A stretch of 47,361 bases of DNA from Macrostomum lignano (lineage: Eukaryota). The notes beneath the pieces are model-generated. The model made no database searches. It was not told the origin of the DNA and saw only the letters and a program-made list of their open reading frames with translations. The stretch spans positions 1-47,361 of the forward strand of contig NIVC01001250.1 of NCBI GenBank assembly GCA_002269645.1, given 5' to 3'. A program made the position numbers and the translations under genes. Positions 10,458-21,858 of this stretch are shown here, one piece after another (position 1 is the stretch's first letter; each line of letters opens with the position of its first letter).

Positions 10458-11614
10458 CTGGGTTTCCCAAAAATGTCGAATTTTAATCCAATACAGTGCA
10501 AAACTGTCCGCTCCTGTTTCCTAGCAACTGTACATGCTGATAGTCAACATTCATAAATTTTGTTTCCTGCAGTTTTTATTTAGATTGGTACATCCGTTCA
10601 TGATCAACAGCATTCAGAAATGGCTGAAATCGCCCACTGTAAGAATGGATTAATGCCTCAGACAAGAGGCTTATTTCTTATTACGATTGATTAAACAAGT
10701 TGTAACAAGTTATCACGTTAAATTTTAACCAGCTATGAAGGACTGCATTCATGCAATTCTGCAATCCGAAGTCGGCACTCTTCGTCAAATTTGCACACCA
10801 TGCGTCACGAGGCAAAACTGCTGCTGCTGATGCTGCTACTGCTCTCTCACTGCTCGCTGCCGCCCATGTCTGTGGCGTTAACCCATTCTTACAGTGGCGA
10901 CTTCAGCAAGTTCCGAATGCTTTTGATCATGAACGGAAGCACCAATCGAAATAAGAACTGCAGGAAACAAAACTTATGAATGTTGACTACTATAGCATTT
11001 CCCGGTCAATTTGGTCCTAGAATCACTCAATATCATCATGTGCAGCAGTGGCGTAGCCGGGGGCGGGGCGGGGGGGGGCCGCGGCCCCAAATCGCCTGGG
11101 GGGTGGGGTTGAGCGCGGCGGGTACCAAAAACCATGAAGCAATTTAGTGCCTGCGGCGCTAAAATAAGTGCCTGCGGCGCCAAAATGAGTGCCTGCGGCG
11201 CCAAAATGAGTGCCTGCGGCGCCAAAATGAGTGCCTGCGGCGCTAAAATAAGTGCCTGCGGCGCCAAAATGAGTGCCTGCGGCCCCAAATTAAGTGCCTG
11301 CGGCGCCAAAATGAGTGCCTGCGGCGCCAAAATGAGTGCCTGCGGCGCTAAAATAAGTGCCTGCGGCGCCAAAATGAGTGCCTGCGGCCCCAAAATAAGT
11401 GCCTGCGGCGCCAAAATGAGTGCCTGCGGCGCCAAAATGAGTGCCTGCGGCGCCAAAAGTGGCAATGGCATAAGGCATGCTATTGGCCAGCCAAGCCAAC
11501 CCGGCCCCCCTCAATTGAATTTCCTGGCTACGCCACTGATGTGCAGTTGCTAGGAAACAGTAGCATACAGTTTTGCACAGTATTGAATTAAAATTCATTT
11601 TTTGGGACACCCGG
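10458..11614. mobile_element. Non-autonomous Tc1/mariner-type element with ~50-bp TIRs and TA TSD, hosting a hAT MITE
   Basis: Left TA-ctgggtttcccaaaaatgtcgaattttaatccaatacagtgcaaaactg matches the reverse complement of the right end (TA-ccgggtgtcccaaaaaatgaattttaattcaatactgtgcaaaactg). There is also an internal ~55-bp inverted pair at ~10607-10665 and ~10862-10920. Confidence 0.75.
11046..11538. mobile_element. hAT MITE with an internal 21-bp tandem array (~15 copies)
   Basis: Perfect 13-bp TIR cagtggcgtagcc/ggctacgccactg and perfect 8-bp TSD atgtgcag (11038-11045, 11539-11546). Array aaaat[g/a]agtgcctgcggc[g/c]c[c/t] at 11146-11457. Confidence 0.93.
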
Positions 11615-12402
11615 TATAGTCACTGATGCATAAATAGACATTTGGAAGCATTCAATTCAAATGACAATCTATGTCAACCTGTTGATGCAAGTTAATATAT
11701 TGGCGCGTAAAAGTTTATTTTTTGCTGCAGATTTTTCATATGCGTACAGTAAGTGCTATTCATGTAAATCCTTTCTATCTAAAAGAGTCCAGTATTTATT
11801 GATGGGGTGCATGCGCAATGTAGAACAGGGTCACATGGGAAAGATAGCTAGTAATTTGGCACCCAACTGTGTTCAAGGCTTTTTTGTTCAATCGACGCGT
11901 TCATTTTTTTTCTTCAAATTGTGAAATTCTCATCTTGCACTGCTTAATTTTTGTCTAATGTGGCTAAGTGTTGAGATGCCTTATGACCCCAGTGTTACAA
12001 TACGATTGAATACCATATAGTAGGTTTATTCTGTACGCATACGCTGTTGCTTGCCTAAAGATAAAGATACTACTATAATTGTGCTCCAGAATAGGTATCC
12101 ACAGTTTTGCTAATAAATAAATACTGTATTGGCATGCTACGCAGTACCTGAAAATTTCAAAGGCGTTGCGTTGCTTGCACGCTTAGCGCATGTAAATGTG
12201 ATTCAAAACCATCTCGATTGATGACTGTGGTGGTTTGCAGCCTACATGTAAGCTTTGTCCAGTGAGAATTGCATGTACATATTATAATGGGCTGGCTATA
12301 TAGGAACAAAAAGTTGGATTTTAAAAGATTCGAGCTATGCATAGATACATCTAGCAACAGAAAATTATCCACACCTGCGCTACAAGCTAACAAAGCAACA
12401 AG

Positions 12403-13224
12403 GTCACAAAGCTAAGAATGAGAGCTTACTCTCGTCGCTGAGCTAGCCACCCTCCAAAGGCCACAAAGCTAAGAGTGAGAGCTTAATCTTGTCGCTGAGC
12501 TAGCCACCCACCAAAGGCCACAAAGCTAAGAATGAGAGCTTACTCTCGTCGCTGAGCTAGCCACCCTCCAAAGGCCACAAAGCTAAGAGTGAGAGCTTAA
12601 TCTTGTCGCTGAGCTAGCCACCCACCAAAGGCCACAAAGCTAAGAATGAGAGCTTACTCTCGTCGCTGAGCTAGCCACCCTCCAAAGGCCACAAAGCTAA
12701 GAGTGAGAGCTTAATCTTGTCGCTGAGCTAGCCACCCACCAAAGGCCACAAAGCTAAGAATGAGAGCTTACTCTCGTCGCTGAGCTAGCCACCCTCCAAA
12801 GGCCACAAAGCTAAGAGTGAGAGCTTAATCTTGTCGCTGAGCTAGCCACCCACCAAAGGCCACAAAGCTAAGAATGAGAGCTTACTCTCGTCGCTGAGCT
12901 AGCCACCCTCCAAAGGCCACAAAGCTAAGAGTGAGAGCTTAATCTTGTCGCTGAGCTAGCCACCCACCAAAGGCCACAAAGCTAAGAGTGAGAGCTTAAT
13001 CTTGTCGCTGAGCTAGCCACCCACCAAAGGCCACAAAGCTACGAGTAAGAGCTTAATCTTGTCGCTGAGCTAGCCACCCACCAAAGGCCACAAAGCTAAG
13101 AGTGAGAGCTTAATCTTGTCGCTGAGCTAGCCACCCACCAAAGGCCACAAAGCTACGAGTAAGAGCTTAATCTTGTCGCTGAGCTAGCCACCCACCAAAG
13201 GCCACAAAGCTAAGAGTGAGAGCT
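12403..13224. repeat. 57-bp satellite, ~14.4 copies, with dimeric higher-order structure
   Basis: Unit starts at 12403, 12460, 12517 ... 13201 (period 57), with alternating sequence variants. Confidence 0.97.
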
Positions 13225-13562
13225 GTCTGTTAGTGATATGGATGTTATCGATGATATGGATGAACGTACTCTCAAACGAGAGCCCTGACGAATTGACGGT
13301 TCAACGGAGCTCTGGCTAAGTTCTACCAGCGCTGCCCTTCAGTGAGACACTGAGGCCCTCGGGTCGAGGCCACGTTGTCAAATCCGCCAGTTTCTATCTA
13401 AACCGCGCTTGATAACGACGCCCTCAGACAAGGTTATCGCGGACGTTACGTCACAAGACTGGTGCGGTTGGGCGAGGGAATAAAACACGGACCGGGGGAG
13501 ACGATGCAGATCAAGCGCCTCAAAGCGCGAGTAGAGAGCAAAACGGCCGGGAGATTGGACAA

Positions 13563-13840
13563 GCTCTCCTCTCTCATCTCCTTTCATCTCTTCTCCTCTC
13601 CTCTTCTCTTTCCTCTCGTCTCTCCTCCCGTCTCATCTCTTCACCCCTTTCCTCTCCTCTCATCTCCCTTTTCCTCTCCATTCTCTTCTCCCTTCTCTCC
13701 TCTCTCCTCATTCATCTCCCTTCTCTCGATCCTCTCCTATTTCATCTCTCCTGTCGTCCACTCTCTTCTCCTTAATTCTTTCGCCTCTTTTCTCCTATGC
13801 TCGTATTTATTTTCTCTATTCCTTATCCTGTCTCCCTCAT
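13563..13840. repeat. CT-rich (polypyrimidine) low-complexity tract
   Basis: Almost entirely C/T on the + strand. Confidence 0.9.
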
Positions 13841-14053
13841 ATGGCCCGCAGTCATCAGGACTACTGGGCCCGCTTCGCTTAGGGGCCATGAGCGAAGCGG
13901 ACCCAGAAGGGCAGTCATGAGCTAAGTTCTCAATTTGGCCCTTGAGGACTGAGGTAACAAGTTTGCCGACCCTGCACTAAAAGCACTAGGCTAAGGCACA
14001 TTAGATAAAAACTGTAGTGGAATGGGATGGAGAACAACATCAACTATTATATG

Positions 14054-14399
14054 CAATGGCGTAGGCTAGGGGGATATGGGGATGATATCCCCCCGTGGGC
14101 CTGGTCGGTGGGTGTAAGAAATTAGGAAAGCATAGTGCATGCTAGTGCAGCAAGTCAAAAACGATTTTCATTTACTAAAGCATTCAGTAGAAAGAAATTT
14201 TTTCTAATTTTTTACTAAATTGTGACATTTTCATAGAATTGGAAACTTGACTGGCCGTTCATAGCTACCTAGCACCTCCGTATTTGATTTATGGCACTCA
14301 ATTTTCCTGTGAACTGCCATTGGGCCAGCAAGTACAAATAGCAGCAGCTACTCATATCCTTGCATTCTCCCCCGTGAGAAATTCCTGCCTACGCCCCTG
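14054..14399. mobile_element. hAT MITE
   Basis: TIR caatggcgtaggc / gcctacgcccctg and perfect 8-bp TSD attatatg (14046-14053, 14400-14407). Confidence 0.9.
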
Positions 14400-15439
14400 A
14401 TTATATGTCCACATACCCGATTGAGGGTGATTTTTAATTTCTAACATTTTTAATGTACCCTCGGAAAAACCTCAAAAAGATCCAGAAAAGCCAAAGCCCA
14501 AAACCGGCCAACACTTGTTTAAAATTCAAAGAAAAGGGCATTTGCGGGATCATGCTAAAAAGTGGTCCGACACCCCTGGTCATAGACTAATTTTACTTGT
14601 TATCTATTAAAAATGGAACTAATAGAACTAAACTCATGGAAGCAAAAATCTCACATGTTGCTGGCTCGCTGCCTGCTCAATAAATCGATGCCATTTCGAA
14701 GGATGCGGTGGCAAAGGACGATCCTGCTGAAGTGGTTGCTCTCTGCTCAAAATCTCGGCTCAAAAGGTGCTCCATGGAGAAAGCTAGTGTGGTTACAAGA
14801 AAATTTATCTTGTGCTTCAAAGTAGGGTTCTATACGATGCATGGTAGCTTTTAATTTTTTTTATCAACAATTAGTGCTCTACTTCATGAAAGTTTTTTAC
14901 AAAAAGAAACTAATACATGTTTTTCTAATCATCTGTATCAAAATGTATCATTTTAAGCACTCATTCTAGGCATCAGCCAAAAAACATTTCGTGAGACGCA
15001 AAGTGGCTGTACCACTGGGAATGCTAGGCATACAGTTAAGCGTCTATAAAATCGTTTAAAGTGCAGTTTACATGTCTTTGAAAAATTTCCTAAATTAAAT
15101 TTATAAAACATTTCGTTTTTAATGTAATATAGCAAGTTTTCAACACAAAAACAACTTTTTTAAGTTACAGACATCATAGTGTAAAAAATTAGAACATCAA
15201 TGAAGTGGTTGAATTTGAATTTTTTTCATCGCCTAATATCGCCTAATACCACAAGATAACTTAAAACACTTTTGCAACATAAATTTCAACCCAAAAAATA
15301 TCTTTATTCACAGATGAAAGTGTCATATTGTTTTCAATACGGCAGTAACAATAGTAAATGTTCGGAAAATTGTTAAAATTTTCGCTCCTACCAGAATTTG
15401 AGAACGACCCAGGTAATCTACTCTATAATAGTCTCATGT

Positions 15440-15655
15440 TCTCTGCCTGTCTGACTCACTCCAGTCTCATGTGTTCTCTACCTGTCTGATTGTCTCCTGT
15501 CTCATGTGTTCTCCACCTGTCTGATTGTCTCCTGTCTCATGTGTTCTCCACCTGTCTGATTGTCTCCTGTCTCATGCGTTCTCCACCTGTCTGATTGTCT
15601 CCTGTCTCATGTGTTCTCCACCTGTCTGATTGTCTCCTGTCTCGTGTGCTTCACC
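15440..15655. repeat. 35-bp minisatellite (~6 copies)
   Basis: Unit tctccacctgtctgattgtctcctgtctcatgtgt, period 35 (15481 to 15516). Confidence 0.93.
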
Positions 15656-15692
15656 CGTCACCTGTCAATATTTCCTGTCAAGTAAAGCACTC

Positions 15693-15804
15693 AGCCTGAA
15701 TCTGTCACTCCCCCAACCCAGCCTGAATCTGTCACTCCCCTAACACAGCCTGAATCTGTCACTCCCCTAACACAGCCTGAATCTGTCACTCCCCTAACAC
15801 AGCC
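15693..15804. repeat. 27-bp minisatellite (4 copies) abutting the stop codon of the membrane-protein gene
   Basis: Unit cagcctgaatctgtcactcccctaaca. The last cagcc ends at 15804, next to the TAA at 15805-15807. Confidence 0.93.
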
Positions 15805-16773
15805 TTAATTTGGCGTGGCCGCCTCCTTGCTGTCCATGATGCGGCTGCTGGAGGTGCTGTCCGGCAGTGGGTCGCGCTTCTGTCTCACAATGGCCAGAAC
15901 CACCTTCACAATGAGGGCGGCAATCAGAGCAGCCGTCAGCTCCACCGTCAGATCTGAGGTGACGGAGCCGGCCGCATAGTTGCCGGCAACGGAGGTGGCT
16001 AAGGCCCAGATGAGGGTGAGGTAGGGCGCGATGAAGAAGCGCAGGAAGGGGTCCAGGAAGGAGAAGTCGGCGGTGATGTAGGCGCCAAGGAGGCCGCAGA
16101 ACTGGCATAGGGCCAGCAGGGAGCTGGTAGCCGCCGTGTAGCCGGTGATGTTGACGATGGCGATGTCCAGATTGAGGAAGCTGGCGATGCAGGTCCAGCC
16201 GACGTAGAAACCGCAGGAGTTCTGCATCAGGCCGATGACCAGCCAGTAGTGCAGCCGTAGGCCCTGCTGCCGCAGCTCTATCTTGTGGGCCGACAGCCGG
16301 TTGAAGGAGAAGATCAGGCAGGCCCACAGGGAGATGGCTAGCAGGAAGAGCATGATGGTCTGCGGGATGAGGTTGTACTTGTTGTACTCCACCTTGTCCG
16401 TGACAAATATCCAGGCGATGTTGAAGCCGCTGCTGATCATGTGGCAGATCAGGAAGCCCACAGGCAGGAGGCCGGGCACGCAGCACAGTGGCTCGCCGGC
16501 CGCGTTCTTGATGAACAGCAGGCTCCAGCAGTACGCCAGCATCACGCCCTGGTACACGTAGATCACCGCCCAGACGGTGAAGGCCCAGCCAGGCGGGGTC
16601 AGGTTGCTCTTGGTGAGGTTGGCGCGCTGAGTCCACGGGGTGGCGCTGTTGATGGAGAACAGGCCCAGCCTGTAGCCAACCTCCGAGGTGCTGAAGTAGT
16701 TGAACAGCAGCGTGAGCACCAGCATGATAGTGGTCAGAGCCACCAGAGTGATCTGCACGGCTTGGTGGACCAT
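15805..16773 (-). CDS. Intronless multipass membrane protein, TspO/MBR (tryptophan-rich sensory protein)-related, 322 aa; paralogue 1
   Basis: Intact GC-rich ORF with ~7-8 hydrophobic segments. The LTPPGWAFTVWAVIY motif resembles the TP[AP]G[WY][AT]FSIW..IY signature of uncharacterised TspO-related proteins. A paralogue lies 5 kb away. Confidence 0.85.
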   Translation of the reverse strand: MVHQAVQITLVALTTIMLVLTLLFNYFSTSEVGYRLGLFSINSATPWTQRANLTKSNLTPPGWAFTVWAVIYVYQGVMLAYCWSLLFIKNAAGEPLCCVPGLLPVGFLICHMISSGFNIAWIFVTDKVEYNKYNLIPQTIMLFLLAISLWACLIFSFNRLSAHKIELRQQGLRLHYWLVIGLMQNSCGFYVGWTCIASFLNLDIAIVNITGYTAATSSLLALCQFCGLLGAYITADFSFLDPFLRFFIAPYLTLIWALATSVAGNYAAGSVTSDLTVELTAALIAALIVKVVLAIVRQKRDPLPDSTSSSRIMDSKEAATPN

Positions 16774-16816
16774 GTTTGCGTTGGGCTTGGCTCCGAAATT
16801 GGGTAGGTGAAAAACG

Positions 16817-16847
16817 ACTGAGTCGAGAGGCGCCCTCCGTATTTATA
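16817..16847 (-). promoter_or_regulatory. TATA box plus initiator of membrane-protein paralogue 1
   Basis: Minus-strand TATAAATA at 16847-16840 and Inr-like TCAGT with its A at 16819 (28 nt from the first T of the TATA box), 46 nt upstream of the ATG. Confidence 0.65.
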
Positions 16848-17346
16848 CTCAACTGCACGGAGCGCGTGGCTCATTCTCTGGGAGTGGGGTGGGGCCTTGA
16901 GCAGTCCTCGGGGGCCTTATTATTGAAACAACGATTCGCTTGGTCACACGGCCCGCGCAGCTTAAGGGGCAGGGAGTGCAGAGTGGGTGAGGCCTCGCAG
17001 CACGCATCCACAGAGTGCCCATCTAATGCAGGCTCTCAGCGAGAAAAGTGTAATTACAATTCAAATCTGGCCGTCCACGCCATTCGTTCTCTGCTGGCGC
17101 TAAAAATAGGCCTTATTTTTGTTCTTTAGATTTCTTCGGCTTTCCTTGTTAGAGGCAGCTCTCTAAGTGCAAGCGCATCTTTAAATTTATTTTCGCTTGC
17201 TGTCTAATAGCCAGAAACAATTCAGCTCTGCAGGGTTGAGAAGTGATAATAGTTAGTGTATTATAGAGTTCACTCTGTGCTCTAAAAGCAGCGCAAAATA
17301 CACCTTTATGTGTCATGCCATAATCATGACAGGTCATTGATTTCCG

Positions 17347-18588
17347 CCTGTCATTCACCTGTCATCAATCAGCTTTTTGTCTCATTTACCTGTCATCAAT
17401 CAGCTTTCTGTCTCATTTACCTGTCATCAATCAGCTTTCTGTCTCATTTAACTGTCATCAACTAGCATTCTGTCTGTTATTCACCTGTCATCAACAAGCT
17501 TCTCGTCTTTCATTCACCTGTCATCAACTAGCTTTCTGTCTGTCATTCACCTTTTAGCAACTAGCTTTTTGTCTGTCATTCACCTGTCATCAACAAGCTT
17601 CTCGTCTTTCATTCACCTGTCATCAACTAGCTTTCTGTCTGTCATTCACCTTTTAGCAACTAGCTTTTTGTCTGTCATTCACCTGTCATCAACAAGCTTC
17701 TCGTCTTTCGTTCACCTGTTATCAACTAGCATTATGTTTGTCATTCACCTGTCATCAAGAAGCTTCTCGTCTGTCATTCACCTGTTATCAACTATCTTTC
17801 TGTCTGTCATTCACCTGTTATCAACTATCTTTCTGTCTGTCATTCACCTGTCATCAACTATAGCTTTCTGTCTGTCATTCACCTGTCATTAACAAGCTTC
17901 TCGTCTTTCATTCACCTGTTATCAACTAAAGCTTTCTGTCTGTCATTCACCTGTCATCAAGAAGCTTCTCGTCTGTCATTCACCTGTTATCAACTATCTT
18001 TCTGTCTGTCATTCACCTGTTATCAACTATAGCTTTCTGTCTGTCATTCACCTGTCATTAACAAGCTTCTCGTCTTTCATTCACCTGTTATCAACTAAAG
18101 CTTTCTGTCTGTCATTCACCTGTCATCAACAAGCTTCTCGTCTTTCATTCTCACCTGTTATCAACTAGCTTTCTGTCTGTCATTTACCTGTCATCAACTA
18201 GCTTTCTGTCTGTCATTTACCTGTCATCAACTAGCTTTCTGTCTGTCATTTACCTGTTATCAACTAGCTTTCTGTCTGTCATTTACCTGTCATCAACTAG
18301 CTTTCTGTCTGTCATTTACCTGTCATCAACTAGCTTTCTGTCTGTCATTTACCTGTCATCAACTAGCTTTCTGTCTGTCATTTACCTGTCATCAACTAGC
18401 TTTCTGTCTGTCATTTACCTGTCATCAACTAGCTTTCTGTCTGTCATTTACCTGTCATCAACTAGCTTTCTGTCTGTCATTTACCTGTTATCAACTAGCT
18501 TTCTGTCTGTCATTCACCTGTCATCAACTAGCTTTCTGTCTGTCATTTACCTGTCATCAACTAGCTTTCTGTCTGTCATTCACCTGTC
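17347..18588. repeat. 33-bp minisatellite, ~37 copies
   Basis: Unit tcatt[t/c]acctgtcatcaactagctttctgtctg, period 33. Variable on the left and homogeneous from ~18170. Confidence 0.97.
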
Positions 18589-18868
18589 TTCAGGAGGAGA
18601 GAGGACACGAGAGGATGTGAACAGATGGGAGAGAGTAGGGAGAGATGAGATTTAAAAAAATCAATAACTTAAAAGTAACGCAGTCTGAAACATTTAGTTT
18701 TGGACAATACGTTCATAAAGAACCTGTTAAATTATATATACATATATATTTCGCTTTTTAGGACAAAGCGGTGTTTGTAAGACAAAGATTGCAAGTGCAA
18801 GTGCAGTTAATATTAAAGACACCAGCTACACAGTGTGGATAGGTCTGTAATCTACAGTTAGATAACCA

Positions 18869-21789
18869 CCCAGTGAAAAATGATTCATGGATTCCACGTG
18901 GGTTCCACGTGGCCATGTGGAATTTAAATGTTTCTTTAATTTTTGCAAATTAATGACTTAAAGATGACATAATGGTATGCAAAGTATTTTTTATGCACTA
19001 TTTTTTAATTTTTACTGTCCTAATGTTGATGTGGATTTTACAAGGAATTCATGAGAAATAAGCGTATATTGATTCAACATGGAATCCACTTCGATAAAAA
19101 AACTGTGACACACCACATTAAGACGTTTTTATGAAATTACTATAATTAATTATTATATTTATATGCTTTTAAGTAAAAATTAATATCTTAAAGCTAAATT
19201 ATAATCAGAAAATAAGATACTGTTTGTTAAAATAGACAAAATAGAAGTGAACAATAAAAAACGTTTCGTGCTTTTTAAAATTAAATTTATTTTATTTTAT
19301 ATTCGTCAATGTCTTGGTTCAAGGCCTTGAAAGATAAATTGCCTTGTTTATGGCTATTTAAGCACCTTAAAAATTTTAGTAGACGTAGCCTATAGGCAAT
19401 AACTTATAAGGCCATGGCCTCCATGGGATTAGAAATTAGATAAATCAGTATTTCATCATAGATAGGCCTAATACTTTTGGTAAAATCCATCCATGATAAA
19501 TTTATTTAGGCTTATCCAATTTCTAGGAATCCCATGGCCATGTCCATAGATTGGCTACTCATTTTTTAAACTTAAATAGTCCTTTAGAAGTTCATAATTT
19601 CCTCTTAGTCCTACCTATTAGTCTTATCTATTTATGTATGCTTATTAGGCCTATTTTAAGCTAGGCCTAGGCCTATAACTATCAATTTAGGTCCTTCTAT
19701 TTTAATTAAGGTTAAGACTAGCTTGACTTTGTGAATTGTGACTAGTCAATCTAGTTAATCTGTTAAAAATCTATTCATTTATGATTTTCTTCAAAAAAGC
19801 CTGTTAGCGTCTTTTAGACTTGTTGCATTTTTAAAAACAATATTATTAATCATTATAAATAATTCTTTGCAATTACACTTGCAACCTGTTTTTGGCATAG
19901 CTAGCCTAGCAGATCCCTAAGGTTGCTATTATAAATAAATAATGATTATTGTAAATTTGATCTGATTTAGGCCAAGTCTAGAATTTAATAGCTATAGGGC
20001 ATAGCTTTTAAGATTAGGCCTAATGTTTAATCATACTATTTTTTTTATTAGAGGCAGGGGGTTGTGTGCACCCTGGCACACGTTAAGCGACATAGGCATA
20101 CAACTGGCGAGAGGCATTGCTGCCCATTCCATTAACTCCCTTGAGCAAGCACACAAGCGTGCGGATACGTATGCAGGCACATTTACATAGGAGTGTACAG
20201 TGGCCCTAACTTTATTTATTGTTAGGCATGTATACTTCACTGTGCCTTGGGGGTTGGCTCTCAAGGCCATTAATTGCACAAGCAGAGAGCCAAGCCAAGA
20301 TTCCAATTCAGCCCCAAATTAATGTGACTGCATTTAGAATTGAGCCTAGGTCGCTGGCACACCAGAGCAGCTATGCTACCGCTTGGCTACAGCCCCCCTT
20401 TTAATCATAATAGGCCCGCAAATATAAAAAAAACATGCATTGCTTTGCCTAAATACTTTATAGTCTAAAATCAATTTTAAAATAAAAAATTAAATTTTTA
20501 GAAACATATATTAATTTTTTGTACTTATTATTTTAATTTTATTAATTTTATTTTATTGATTGACTTGGGTAGGGTTTTCTTTTTTGCTAGAGACAAGGTG
20601 CAAAATCATACCCTATGCTCACTTTTAGGGTTTTATGATTTTAAGGCTTAAAATGCAGTTTCTTTTTTTTCTTATATAAAGGCAGTGCAAAAAAGGCTTC
20701 AACAGAAAAATAGGTAATGAGATCACACCTAAACTGTATCATCAACTTTTTAATTTCAATTTTCAAGGTGCAATTTTTAAATTTAGGGTGCATATGCACA
20801 CTTTGCGCTTAAAAAATAAACCTAGGACTTAGGCCTAGTTAATTTTAAAATAAACTTTATTTTATTTTATAAGTATTCATCATTAAATTAGTTTTATGAA
20901 TTATATCAATATTATTTATCAATCTTAATTGGCAACAATTATTTTTCTATTTCATTTCAGCCTAACATTACATGACCCATCCTCAAACTTGGATGTCACC
21001 TTGGTCTTGCATTTGAAGAAGCTTGCAAAGCTACTTGGAATTTGAATTTAATATCTCAAATGCTACCTTTTGTGAAGCAATGGTAAGTTTTAGTTATAAA
21101 CTTATTTTTTTCTGTCATCAAAATCTATCAAAATCTATTACAAAATCTGTCATCAATCTGTTATAAAATTCTGTAATTTAACCCCTTTCTTTTCTAAGGT
21201 TGCTCACCTGACCTGAAGAAGCAGCATTCTGGCAATTGGCAGCAGCATGTTTCTGACTGTTCTAATTCTGATGCATTATATTATTGTTAATTAATGCTAT
21301 TGACAATGTCAATTTCAAATTATATATTATATCATATGCGCAGTGCAACTCTAAAGATATCAATATTTACATCAGTGTGTTTATTCTTTGTGTGCCAGTG
21401 ACTCACTACTGTACATAAATACACCTTACATCGTTTTTGAATATTGAATTTTGAATTTTGAATTTTTGTGCAGAAATATTTTTGGCTATAGCTAGTGTTT
21501 TATCTGTGTTTCAGTTTCTTTTATATGGTATTGAGATCTGGGGTTCGTATGAAATTTTGAGATCTGGTATTATTTTGAGATTTAGGATGCAACAATTTAT
21601 TATGGCAACCAGTATAATGGCTGCTTATTCAATGACAATGTGGATTCTATGTGAAATACATAATTACTTCCATATGGATCTTCCATGTGGAATCCATATC
21701 TTGATTCCACATGGATGGACGGAGACAAATGCACATATGGATTTCATATGAAAAATCCACATGGAATCCATATCATTTTTTTCACTGGG
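18869..21789. mobile_element. Non-autonomous CACTA/EnSpm (CMC)-type DNA transposon, 2.9 kb
   Basis: Left cccagtgaaaaatgattcatggattccacgtgg matches the reverse complement of the right end (cccagtgaaaaaaatgatatggattccatgtgg). 2-bp TSD CA (18867-68, 21790-91). Clustered subterminal ccatgtgg/ccacatgg repeats at both ends. No transposase ORF. Confidence 0.8.
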
Positions 21790-21858
21790 CAAGAGAAAAT
21801 TCGTGTTTATTTCAGTGATTTTTAAAAAAAGCCAGATCCGGCTGCACTCGCAGCTGAT

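Noticed and set aside
10974-11553. ORFs with LAPQALI / SACGAKM heptads
   Set aside because: Translation of the 21-bp array inside a TIR/TSD-bounded MITE.
12403-13224. Possible CRISPR-like array
   Set aside because: The units are contiguous with no unique spacers, the context is eukaryotic, and no cas genes are present.
13262-13320. ctgacga plus flanking hairpins resembling a type III hammerhead
   Set aside because: The GAAA core is replaced by GGAG, there are extra nucleotides before CUGA, and stem III does not pair.
15794-16858. Alternative-frame and antisense ORFs over the membrane genes, PUF60 and the zinc-finger exons
   Set aside because: Shadow ORFs caused by high GC3 in the true coding frames.
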